Shown here: positions 47,749 through 59,741 of the stretch, piece after piece
How the letters are laid out: every line of letters begins with the position of its first letter
How positions within the stretch are numbered: the first letter of the stretch is position 1
Source: Azolla caroliniana
Taxonomy: Eukaryota > Plantae > Polypodiophyta
Assembly: GCA_043228905.1 (NCBI GenBank)
Contig: JBHGNT010000004.1
Coordinates: 2,232,001-2,296,000, forward strand
Reading direction: 5' to 3'
Length of the DNA: 64,000 nucleotides
The notes under the pieces: generated by a model
Database searches by the model: none
What the model was told of the DNA's origin: nothing
Seen by the model: the letters and a program-made list of their open reading frames with translations, nothing else
Position numbers and translations under genes: made by a program

Positions 47749-48150
47749 TGCACATTGCCGACTTTGCCCATTTCACCCGGTTTTCTCACTGTGGCCGTGA
47801 ATCTTCACGACATCCGCCCCCACCAAACCACACATCCACCGGTATGTGCCATGACAAAAGAGAAGTGTGAGGGATGAAGGACGTAGTGAACAACCGGTCT
47901 TCTGTAATCCGCACCCCGACTGTCGCGTATGCCTCCGTAGGTCCCAAACCGTCGACTTCGGTTCCTTCCTCGTGCTTGCCTCTCCGTAGGTTCGTTCCGA
48001 CCTCTAGGTAGGTCATTTTCCGCGACCCCTTTCGTATGCGTGCTTGCACACCCTTCGTTCCACCCTTTTCCTTCTCCCGGGAGCTCATTTCCTTGGTCGG
48101 GCTCGTTTCACCGCTCCTAGCTCATCCGGCCTCTCCACCCGGTCAGAATC
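47749..48150 (-). mobile_element. U3 end of LTR C, PPT and a short degenerate remnant of element C
   Basis: CTTCACGACA at 47812 followed by the reverse-complement PPT; degraded integrase C-terminal-like sequence. Confidence 0.6.
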
Positions 48151-48159
48151 AGAGATTAA

Positions 48160-48809
48160 TGTGCGCGAACTAGCCCTTATACGTAGGCACAAGTTTTGTT
48201 GTAATATATACATTTAGGTACAAGTCGGCTTATGTGAATATCCTAGGTAGCACGCATTTATTAGGTACGAAAATCGAGGTGTATCTCTGTCCGAAAGGAC
48301 AGAGAATAAAGATGATGTAACGGGTTGTGACGGCCTCCCTCCTTGGGCTATAAAAGAGAGGGAGAGGAATCGAAATGGGGATTGCTTTTGTCGAGGACGA
48401 AGTGTTGCCGAACTGGGACCGAGCTCTTCTCCTCTGTCTTTCTCTCTGTTTTTGCTCTGTGCAGGTTTTCGGGAGGCTGACTCTGCTCTGTGGAACAGCC
48501 GAGTGCTTCCGGTAGAATCTCCATCTCACTCTTCTGTGTGCGTGTGCGTAGGCATAGGAGGTTTGTTACTCACCGGTCTACCGGTTGTAACCCCCTTTTT
48601 ATCAGAGTATATACAAACATACACACATTCGTTTCGTTTCTGTTGTTTCATTCGGTTGCGGTTTCTGTGTATCTGTGTGTGTGTGTGTGTGTGTGTGTGT
48701 GGAAGCACGGCCGTTTTCTTCCTTGCTCCTACCCTTGATCGGTTATCCCTCGGTCCAGGACCCCCGTGGTCCCGCCTCGTTCTACACACACGCGTGTAAC
48801 AACGCGACA
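48160..48809 (+). repeat. 5'-truncated LTR of the same Gypsy group
   Basis: TATAAAA, GAGGACGAAGTG motif, (GT)n run; ends TAACAACGCGACA. Confidence 0.7.
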
Positions 48810-50049
48810 ACACGCGTCCTCCTTCGTTCTTCTGACCCTGTCGATTGGGTCTGTTTCCAGTTCATGGCTGCATCGCCGGCTTTTCAGCCCTTTCGTTGGA
48901 TCCCATTCACCTGCCGCCACCGTCCATCTCTAGGTTTCACGCCGTCTTTTGGGCCGACTTACAGAGTTTCCGGATCAGTGTGAGGATTGACCCATCCACA
49001 CTTCACCGCATCTTAGGATCCCATTCACCTGCCGGAGTCTCACGCTAGTTCTCAAGCTGAACTACCGGAGTCTACGGATCGGTGTGAGGATCGGCGTAGG
49101 ATTGCTCCATCTGCACTTCATCGCATCTTAGGATCCGTTCACCTGCCTCCATCGTCCATCTCTGTCGGTCTCACGTCCGCTCTTGGGTCGGAGTGCCGGA
49201 GTCTCCAGATCGGCGTAGGATCGCCCCCATCTTCTCTTGCTCTGACCTTTGTTTCCTCGCTGCCACCTTCGTATCGACGTCGCGGCCCGTGGCTGCCCCT
49301 TCCACGCAAGCTTCAACCTTGCTTGCCTCTCCCGAATGGACATTCTGGACATGTTCGTCCCTTCCCAAACCGGTGATCGTCGCTTCAGCATCCCCGATCT
49401 TATCCTCCGTCGTTCTTTCTCCAAATGTCATGAGGGTGGCTCGCTCCGCACCCTCTCTCGTGGGACAGATGTACTGCTCTCCGGCCTCCGCATATCCGTG
49501 TGTGGCATGGGTTCCCGTTCTTCTCAACCACTTGTCGGATATTGCACCTTGTTCGTGCCCATTTCGACCTGACCGCTTCCTTGATTCGTCACCTCCGCAC
49601 GCCGAACACCTTCCGGCTCCTCATCACCATTGATCCCGTGCATGCTCGCTACTCGGCCCTTACACGACCATATTGCACACATCTTGTTCCACTCTTCATT
49701 GTGTACTACTTCGGGTTAGCACACATTTTCCCGGACTCCCGAGTCGGTCCCCTCCAATTTAGTGTCCTCCACATCCTTCGGTAACGTCTCTCCGATCTGA
49801 GCAACATCTTCTTCGCCCAATTGGCTCGATTGACCTCCATTGTTCTCCGTATTTCGACCCAGTTTTAGTCGAACGATACATGCCCAGATCATGCTCCATC
49901 CGAATCAGAATGTAACCCAGATCAGTTGCCGGTCGAGCCGACTTCCAACTCCGCTTCTTTCGACACCATCTCTTGCCTCTATATCTCGCTCTGTCGTGGC
50001 TCCATCGTTGGCCTCCTCGCAGGCCATCTCCAATCCATCTCCCTTGACA

Positions 50050-51430
50050 AGGGATAGAATACGTCAGCTTTGCTTCAGGAGTTCGAAAAGCGGTTCGCCT
50101 CTAAACACTAGACCAGACTGTGCTCGATACGAGCAAGGTCCTATTGTTTGTGAAGTCAGTTGATGTGCTCAACCACGAGAAGGTTGGTCTCCTCTTGGAG
50201 ACAGATGAAGGACTCACGACCAACTGGGCCGTGGTCAAAAGATTATGCGACCGTTTCGACAAACGGCGCGGGTGCTGGGAGGAAGCCGAATGAACCGGTT
50301 CTGATGAGAGCGGACAAAACGAGACGGTGGCTTGAGCGGACAAAACGAGACGCTGACCAATGTGGTCACAGGACCGTCCGGGGGTGCTATTCTTTAGGAG
50401 CTAACCAAGATGGTGCGTGATCTCCAGATTGTGCAAGCACGGAGGGACAATGGTGATCAGTCACACGACCAAAGGTCGTCGTTCGACCAACGGGGCATGT
50501 GGTGCGACGTTGTTAGCCATGTCCGGAGGGACTACCGATTTCGCTGAGGTGCTTAAGAGTAATGTGGTGTACCTATGGAATGGTCGGGTACACGTCAACA
50601 ATATGGGAAGGGCCCTGAGGGAAACACTGGTCGCGGTGGAATGAAAAGGGTAATTAAGTAAGCTGTTGCGTTGCACGTTGAAACCATCCACTAGTCGGCA
50701 TCCACCAGGATCCGGGTAGGAGGGGATAGGAGCGTCGACTCCAAATTCTAGCCACTAGTGTTGGGAGGCTTGTCAGGGGTAAGACTGAGAAACAAAGAGG
50801 CAGACCTCACGGAGAAGTGGGTCCAAGAAGTCACCGGGTGGAGCGGCCCGATCGAAGAAAAGACTAGCTTCGTGGAGGCTGCGTGCCAGAATTACGAAGT
50901 TTTGGTAGAAGACAAATGGGCCGGGAAGAGCGGAGGAGTTAGACCGTCGAACTGGTACGACAAGCCCACGGGACAAAACAAAGTTGATGAGCCTACAGTT
51001 GAGCTCGGAGATAGAGAGGGCGACGGACCTACGGAAGGTAATGGAGGAGTGGATCCTTAGTAGCAAAGTAGAGTGGTCATTGAGGGATGTGCTAGGGATC
51101 ACAAAGAAGGAGTTCCACGACTCCATCGTGGATAAGGTAAAACGAAAGTGGTTCTCGACAAAGCCTGAGCTAGAGAAGCCCGTAGATGTGAGAGCAGCAC
51201 ACATCGACGAGGCAACCGTGGAAGACGAGTTCTCGGCCAACCACTATATGAAACCGCATTGAGTGAGGGCGACAACGGAGACACTGGTCTCGATCAGCAA
51301 CGTAAACGAACTAGTGGTGGCTTTGATCGACCATGGGTCTGAAATTAACCTGATGTCCATGGATTTCTACAAGAAAGGGAAATGGCCGATCAACACCAAG
51401 CACGGATGGAAAATACGTGCGGCGACCCGA
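50050..51430 (+). pseudogene. Degenerate Gypsy gag-protease (continues at 56680)
   Basis: Gag similarity to A/B/D; ALIDHGSEIN...KIRAATR| then an LTR insertion. Confidence 0.85.
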
Positions 51431-51511
51431 TGTCGTGAAGATTCTAGGCCATGATGAGAAACTAGGGAATATCAGAAGAATCAGCGGGGTGGAGCATGTG
51501 CACTCACCCTT

Positions 51512-54500
51512 AACACCGGGACATTTGAAACAGGTAATATGTCGCATTTTGAGAACTGTCCATCAAAAAATGACACAAATTAGGGTGATTCACAAAAAGG
51601 GGTGCCACATGCGTAAAGGAATTTTAAAAATGACCAAAAAATATATTGATTTTTAACATGTACGGAAATTTAGGTGTTCAAAAAAATGCCTAAATAATGG
51701 ACATGCCAAACTTACAAATGAATGTCCAAAATGACTAACCCCAATATTTATAGAAATTCTGAATCCAAATCTTGATGTGCAATACAATATTTATAGTTAA
51801 CGTATCAGGACAATCATTTTTCAAGTTTATGTCATCATCTTCATACCCATTGGATGAACTAGTACGAGTTTATGAGGTCTCATCCTCATCATCAATGGCA
51901 ACTAATGCATTGTGTTGATCCAATTGCAATCCAACCTCATCGAGTTTATGAGTCATGCTTCTTGTTTGTCTTTGTGTTGTGTCTGAAGCCACATTCCAGA
52001 TCCTCTTTTAGTATCTTCATTGTGGTCTATCACAGATAACTTGTTTTGGTCAAAGATAAGTCATACACTAATATATAAACATTATCCAATGTAAGAGTAG
52101 ATGTGCTTGATGCATCTTTCCTCCTCACTTTTTGGTTATGATATTTCATTATGTACTTTCCATTTACAAGATTAGATTATGTGAGAGAAGCTTTCTACCA
52201 AAATCATTAGAATCTAAAAAATGTCTTAAAGATGTTTTCCATTTTTCTTAGATTCTCATAGTAAGCCTTTGATGTCGTACAGAAATCCGATTCATTCCAT
52301 CTAGATTTGACGCAACATTTCGAATTTTACTCTATACATCTAGAATTGGATATAATGCATCAGATTCTTGTAAGTCTTGGAATTTTTTTTTAAATTTCCA
52401 TTAAAAAAATACTCTTGCATTTTAATGCATTGCATTGAATTCTAGCTACATAGACTAAAATATGATACATTGCATGGATTTCCCGAAAATACATAAATAA
52501 ATACAAATTGAAAAAATAAAACATTTTCCCATAAATAAATAAATAAACATTTTTTATTTTACTCGTAAATAAATAAATAAAAATTGAAAAATTAGATTTC
52601 AATGGAAATCCAATTCTGTGCATCGGATTCAATTGAAAATCCAATTTCTCTTATTTTTTTGAAAATTTTCTTATTTTTTGAATTTGTTTTTATTTTTCCC
52701 ATAAAAAAATAAATAAAAATTGAAAAAATGGATTTTCAACGGAAATCCGATGCACTGCATCGGATTTTGGTTGAAAGTCCACTTTTACGTATGTTTTTTC
52801 AAATTTGCTTTTTTTCTTGAATTTTTTTGAATTTTTCCCATAAAAAAATAAATAAAAATTGAAAAAATGGATTTTCAACGGAAATCCGATGCACTGCATC
52901 GGATTTTGGTTGAAAGTCCACTTTTACGTATTTTTTTCCAAATTTGCTTTTTTTCTTGATTTTTTTTAATTTTTTTTGAATTTTTTCTATAAAAAATAAA
53001 TAAATATTGAAAAAATAGATTTTCAATCCAAATTTTCATATTTTTTAGAATTTTTTTGGTATTTTGTTTGTCTATTTTCTCATAAATAACTATATAGAAA
53101 TTGAAAAAATGAATTTTCAAAGGAAATCCGATGCAATGCATCGGATTTCTATTGAAAGTCCACTTTTTGCTATTTGTTACCAAATTTTCATATTTAAAAA
53201 TATTTTTTTGTATTTTTTAAATTTGTTTTCATTTTTTCCCATAAATAAATAAATAAAAATTGCAAAAAATGGGTTTTCAACAGAAATCCGATGCACTACA
53301 TCGGATTTCTATTGAAAATCCATTTTGTCTTATTTGTTTCCAATTTTTCAGATATTTTGAATTTGTTTTTGTATTTGTTTTGAATTGTTTTTGTTTTTAT
53401 CATAAATAAATATATAGGAATTGAAAAAAATGGATTTTCAACAGAAATCCGATGCACTGCATCGGATTTCCATTGAAAGTCCACTTTTTCTTGTTTGTTT
53501 ACAAATTTTCTTATTTGTTTATATTTTTCTCTAAAAAAGTGTTAAAAATAAACAAATTGTGATTTTCTCCATTTAAAATGATGTGTTTTCAACGGGAATC
53601 CGATGCAGTGCATCGGATTCCCGTTGAAAACACATCATTTTCAACAGGATTTTCAATGGAAATCCGATGCACTGCATCGGATTTCCGTTGAAAGTCCAAT
53701 ATTTTTCTTATGTTTTTTCATAAAACATTAATTTGCAATTGAAATCCGACTCAATGGTTCAGATTTTGTTGAAAATGTAATATTTTTTTATTATCTCATT
53801 GTTTTATGAAAAACCTAAAAGAAATTTGGATTTTTAATTGAAATTCGATGTAGTGCATTAGATTTCAGTTGGAAATCCACTTTTTTAATATATTTTTATT
53901 TATTTTTTGAAAAAATGAAAAACAATTGAAAAGAAAGAGGATTGCCAGCTAAAATCTGATGCAATGCATCAATGTCTAGCTGTATAGACTACGATCTGAT
54001 TTAGTGTATCGGATTTCAGTTGAAAAGCCGTTTATTATTTTTTTATATGGAAAATAAATAAATAAATAACATTGGAAAAAGAAAAAAGAAAAATGTATTT
54101 TCGACTCTAATCCAACGCATTGCATTAGATTCTAGCTATATATACTAAAATATAATGTAGTGGATAGTATTTTAGCTGAAAATCCATTTTTTATTTTTTA
54201 ATGGAAAAAATTTTAAAAATTACAAAAAAAAAAAAAAACTTGGATTTTCAACTGAAATCTAGTGCATCGCATTGGATTCCAATTAAAAATCCAAGATTTT
54301 TTATTTTTTCAAATTTTATTGTTTCAAATTTTCAATGGGTTTTAGATTAGTTTTCTGACACAGGTATATAATATAAAACTTACATCAATTTAGATTAACG
54401 TTATATTCTATTCTTCAGTTTGATGTTACCTGTGCAATTTCATTTTACTGTCATGTACTACTAAAACATACGCCTTAAAGATTATCAGGAACTCTGTTGC

Positions 54501-55474
54501 ATTAGAGAAGGACCTTAAGCAAGTTAATGTCATCAAAATGAGGATCCAAGGTATCTGGGGTTGTCCTGATCAAGACCAAGAAGTTGGGGCAAAGCATATC
54601 GATAAAACTTAGATGTTCCAGATGACTTTTAGAAAACTTGTGGAACTATAGATGAAGACACAGGGCAACTTGTTGAATTAGAAGACATTTCAGAGTCTGA
54701 ACATACTAACAATTCAACTTAGCGTACTGACGAAGCCAATGAGGACAATCCTGATGAAAGAGCTAATCCTGAGTAGACGGCTTTACCAGGCTTATTATTC
54801 GATTGAATGGTTATGGCTTATTGTAAATTTTGAACAATATGAATTGTTAAATTTTGACGTAATATATAAGTTGAGCTTACTTATAATTTTCGTGTAACAA
54901 TCATTGAACTTAGAAATTAAGTATACTTGTATGTGTACATGTTATCTAAACTCTCCTTTATCATTTGGGGTATATCGGAGATAAGTTTATACTCTATCAT
55001 TTACTCATATGATTGGAATGTTATTGTAGACTAGTTTATTTATACATTGACAGTGTCATGTATCACGTGTCAATGGAAATTTTCTCTTGACATAGTAGTA
55101 TCTCTTAATTGCAAGGTTCACAATTTGCTTTAAGATGTATTATATTTAAATATACACACATAATTAGAAGAAGTCACTTATTCAATGGGGCATGCTTTTT
55201 AGAATATGCACAAGGACCCGTGTTACTATTATACTTGTGTTGACAAATACACCCCTGTCTAAGATTTGGACAAAAACATGGTAGATAGAATATACGTCGG
55301 ATGATTTTGTTGACGTGATATTAGTTAGTTCTTTTTTTCACTATGTTTTCATAAACCACATACACATGCGTCGTGCCTTGTTGAAATTCTGCTTAAATAA
55401 GGCATTTTTTAACATCTCACTAAGATATGAAAAAGAGAATGCGACATATTACCTGTTTCAAATGACCCGGTGTT
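51512..55474. mobile_element. About 4-kb non-autonomous TIR DNA transposon, unclassified
   Basis: About 37-bp TIRs AACACCGGG(A/T)CATTTGAAACAGGTAATATGTCGCATT, 1 mismatch; 4-bp TSD CCTT (51508-51511 / 55475-55478). Confidence 0.8.
52280..54295. repeat. Array of palindromic AATCCGATGCA-N-TGCATCGGATT hairpins separated by A/T-rich spacers
   Basis: More than a dozen copies, including a perfect inverted repeat with 33-bp arms at 53575-53641. Confidence 0.9.
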
Positions 55475-56155
55475 CCTTGTACAAATCGTGTAAATGATAG
55501 TTAATTTGGGACAGAGGATCCCATGTAATAAGGGATTTATCCCACATTGTTACGCATTCCTCTCCTTGTTCTATAAAAGGAAGGGAGCGCCCTTTGTAAA
55601 GGGGTTACCCATTTTGTGTTAGAGGGTATATCGTTAGTTTAGGTTTAGGCAATTTCTCTTATTCTTGCTTCGTTCTAGGGTTTCATCTTGGTACTTCCCT
55701 CTCTTCTTCTTCTTCATCGTGTGGGTGGAGAGTTCGTGTCGGTTTTGGGTTTGCTTCTACCCGGCCTCCTATGCAAGACCCCGCTCGGCGCGACGAGCCT
55801 GAGAGCTCCCCGATCGGCGGCTTGGCAACAGACTGTTGTTGTAACCTACCCTACCTCGGTCCGGCTCAAAGCCGGGGTTGTATCTTTCCCCCTGTAATAT
55901 ATATACTTATACCTGTCTATGCATATTGGTGTATTGGCGGTGTCGGGAACATAGCCCTTGTTCCCTATGCATAAGAGTCGGTGTCCTACGCATGCTCTCT
56001 CTCTCTCTCTTGTCTCTTTCTTTCTCTCTCTCTCTTGTGTTCGGTTGCCTCCGGGACGTGCCCGAATTCGGTTTCTCGGCACCCCTTTCTCCCTAGTCTG
56101 AGACCCCCGTGGTCCCCCACCTTCTACACGCACGCGCATAATAACGCAACATGGA

Positions 56156-56679
56156 TGTCACGTTGTTACGCGCGTGCGTGTAGAAGGGGCGGGACCACGG
56201 GGGTCTTGGACTAGGGAATAGAGGAGAAAGAATAAGATATGATATGGAGGCTTAGCTCAAGAGGAGAAGAAGAAAGAATAAGAGCATGACATAGAAGGAG
56301 AGATCGGCCAAGGCAAGATGCTCAACAAGTTATATTAAACGAACGAATGATTACAACAATGGTGGCCGCATGGACCGCATCAAAACTATGAGAAAACCCT
56401 CACCGGGGATGAACAAGGAGACCCTAAATGAAACCCTAACCCTAAAATGGTAAGAACTCTACAATAAGTGGTATACTTTTCATACGCAAAATAGGCAACC
56501 CCTTCATAAGTGACCCCTCCCTTCCTTTTATAGCCCGAGGGAGGGACCTTACAATGTGGGATAAAATTTCCCCTCTTATTTCTATACACCATTTCCTAAT
56601 ATACATGTGCACATGGTGCACACCACCGATTTGCCAATTCCACCCCGGTTTCCGCCTATGGACGAAAATCTTCACGACA
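56156..56679 (-). repeat. Solo LTR, inverted, tail-to-tail with the preceding LTR
   Basis: TGTCACGTTG...CTTCACGACA; separated from the previous LTR by 4 bp (TGGA). Confidence 0.8.
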
Positions 56680-58036
56680 TCGTGCCACGGAGGAGCTACA
56701 CGGGGCATGCTCGAATGTCCTAGTGAAGGTCAGGGATGTCGAGGTCGACCATCACTTCTTCGTGCAAGAGACATCCTCCCATCCGGTCATCCTCGGCGAA
56801 CCTTACATTACGGCAGCTCGAATGGAAAGGAAGGTGCCAGAAAACGGTTCAGCCAACGCTAGAATGAAGAGTCAGGATGGCCGGCACTCCGTTCAATTCT
56901 TGATAGTCCGGCCGAACCATGATCGAAATCGCGAGTCTCTCGGCATCGACAACCGAGAGGATGTTTGGAGAGGGTTATCAAGGCGTGGGGCCGCAATAAG
57001 TTCGGACAATTGGAAGAAACCCCACATTTGAGCCATAGGTAGGAGATTTTGGCCCTCCATTAATGGAGGTTGTACCATAACCGGCATTAGCGGACGGGAG
57101 AAGAGGCAGGTCAAAGGACGCTTGAGGCCATGCGGTGCCTTGGGCCCCGGTGACGAGATTGGTGGTGCCGGGGAGGCGGTCTCATTCGACGACACCCTTG
57201 GAGAAATCGCGAGGGTAGCCGAAGAGGATCTGCGCGAAGACCAGATGATTCCGGTCAATTTAGTGGAGATATACGAAGTCATCACGGATTTCGGGGGGAT
57301 GTTCGGGTCAGATCGGATGGCCCGAGTTGAAACCAAGTACAAGGCTGTGGACCGGAAAGTGAGGCCTGTCGTGGCTTCCTTGCCGGAGGACAGTTGGGAG
57401 CGGATGAAAGGGGTCGCGACGGACCTGAGTTTACGAGATCCGGCCGACATAGGACACCGGTTCACCGAGGAGACACTACGGAAGCTCAAGATTGGTGGGG
57501 GTGGCTTCCTACTGCCTGCGGAGGAGGTTCAGTTTCGGAGGATGCTCGGAAGGCACAGGAAAGCCTTTGCTCTCTCGCCGGGGGAGATCGGGTGCGTGGA
57601 CCCGACGATCGTGGAGCCAATCGTGATCCTCACGGTACCACACGTACCGTGGAATCTCAAGCCGGTTCCGGTACCGAGAGCTCACATACCGAAGTTGACG
57701 GAGCTGCTCAAACAGAAGATTGAGATGGGGATCCTCGAGCTGTCGAGCGCCCCATACTCGAATCGGTGGTTTACAATGCCGAAGAAGAATGGCACACTAC
57801 GCTTCATTCAGGACCGAGGCCGGTCAACAAGGTGACCATTCGAAACGCAGGGATTAGGCCGACAAATGACGAGTTTGCGGAGGCCTTCGCAAGGAGGTCG
57901 ATCTACTCAATCGATGACTTGTACTCCGGATATGACCAGTTCCAGCTATCCATGGAGAGTAGGGATATCAAGACGATGTGAACCCCTCTCGACCTAGTTC
58001 GAATGTGTACCCTACCGAAAGGAGGAACCAACTCGG
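56680..58036 (+). pseudogene. Protease end and RT N-terminal part of the Gypsy from 50050
   Basis: RATEEL..HFFVQE, KYKAVDRKVRP, LRFIQD, LP(K)GGTNS. Cut by another LTR start at 58037. Confidence 0.85.
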
Positions 58037-58079
58037 TGTCGTGAGGATTTTCGTCCATGGTGAGAAAACCAAGTTGGAT

Positions 58080-58900
58080 GGATAAAATGGGGATGTGCAA
58101 CATTGCACATGCACTTGGAATATTTGTAAAAGAAACAAATGTAAAAAAGGAAGATGTATTCTTACCACATGCACTAAGGGTTGCCATTGGTCAACTTAGA
58201 ATATCATCTCACCGACTTGAGATTGAGAATGGACGTACTAATGGAGTCCCTAGGGAGGAAAGGATATGTAGGTTATGCCACATAGAGATAGAGGATGAGT
58301 ATCATTTTACATGCAAATGTCCCACCTATGCCGAGATAAGGGCAAAATACCAAGACATACTTGGTTCCTCTCCCACCCTCCCTAAACTATTAGATACACT
58401 AGATATAAAGAAATTAGGCAGATACATCTTAGAATTGAAACAACACGGAGAGAATAAGTTACAAAACATTGATAATAATGTTGCTAATGTTTACCAACAT
58501 GTAACAAATGAAGTTTTTCAGGAACATGGGGAGACAATGAATGTCGACACACCTCACCACTCAGGCTTTTCCTTGATGAAGCAGAAAATCAAAGAAGAAC
58601 CAAACGCCCTCGGATGTCAGGTTTCAAAGCAACCCGACGAGATGTCGAAGCAATAAAGAAAATTAGGGAACGTGAGCTACACCGCCTAGAAGCCATGGCG
58701 GGGGCACTCTATACACCGGGACCATGGGTCACATCCACACCAAAAACCTTTGACCTCCCACTTCTTTTTGAGAGACTTGGGTGGAAATGAAATTAGGCTT
58801 AGTGCAAAGTTTTGTACACTACTAGAACTCTTTTAGCTTAAGCTATTTTCTTTTATTTTAGTTTTGATGATTGTATAAACACTCATTTTTGTTGTAAACC
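58080..58900 (+). mobile_element. 5'-truncated non-LTR retrotransposon 3' end (RTE-X-like ORF2 C-terminal zinc finger)
   Basis: LRISSHRLEIENGR...PREERICRLC...EDEYHFTCKCPTY..IRAKY motif. Confidence 0.7.
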
Positions 58901-58944
58901 AACTATCTCATGGGCCAATTTTGGCCTCAAAAGACGTTAATATA

Positions 58945-58948
<4 letters not shown>

Positions 58949-58991
<43 letters not shown>
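58949..58991. repeat. (CT)n microsatellite
   Basis: Direct inspection. Confidence 0.95.
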
Positions 58992-58993
<2 letters not shown>

Positions 58994-59260
58994 ACTACAC
59001 AACACATACACACACCTTCTGCTACACAGAATCATATCTTATTCTTTAGATCTATGTACTGCATAATTTCTTGGAGAAAGAGTCTTGTTGTTTTGATGTT
59101 TATTGTCCACATGGTCCCAATCTCCTTGATTTGGGATCACTCTTAATCTTAACAATCCTCCATCATAGCTTTAATAAAGATTTGAGAGTTGACACTAGCA
59201 TCAATGTTTTTGTAAACAATATATTTACAATAGTTGTGATATAAGATAATCAATAAAGTA

Positions 59261-59741
59261 TGACCTGTCAGGGTCGTCGCCAAAAACAAGTTTTAAATGA
59301 AGAAGAGAATGAGACGTAGAAAATAAGAGAGGAATGAGAGAGAAATATGAAGATCTTGCCAAATTATGTATTAGCAATTAGAATGAGGGTTACAAGAGTA
59401 TGCCGAAGATTGGCGTTGAACTGGAATGGTTCAACAATATTTAGCTACATGTTTATATAGCATGCTTTGGATACATGCATGCTCACCTCCTCATAGGCAC
59501 GCATGATCGCCACTTGGCATTCATGCAAGCATGACACTTGGTAATCATATGTTAGCCTATACAGTGGCGACATTTCAAAATATTATGTATGTTTCTTATT
59601 GATTTAATCTAATAATTTATAATCTAATAAATGTAACATAATGGATTCTAGTGGTTGAGCCATACATCCTCTTTGAGGAGGTCATGGGTTCAAATTTCTA
59701 TGACGAGTCTTAGAGTTTTGGTATATGTTCATAACATGACA
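59261..59741 (-). mobile_element. Solo LTR with a tRNA-like segment
   Basis: TG..CA ends; flanks AAGTA/AATTA (near-TSD); homologous to 1-399. Confidence 0.6.

Larger units (their letters stand above)
51431..56151 (+). mobile_element. Solo LTR (51431-51511 + 55479-56151) split by a TIR element
   Basis: TGTCGTGAAG start, TATAAAA at about 55572, ends AACGCAACA. Confidence 0.75.

Noticed and set aside
48810-50050. GC-rich stretch with short repeats and small ORFs
   Set aside because: No recognisable motif; probably decayed retroelement sequence, left unassigned.
52280-54295. CRISPR-like hairpin repeats
   Set aside because: Spacers are low-complexity A/T tracts similar to each other and of irregular length; no cas genes.
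54440-54780. Possible hAT transposase C-terminal remnant
   Set aside because: Similarity too weak by eye, and no 8-bp TSD at the element ends.
51431-56679. One TIR element with TGTCGTGAAG termini
   Set aside because: Better explained as two oppositely oriented solo LTRs, each with its own U5 end at 56151 and 56156.
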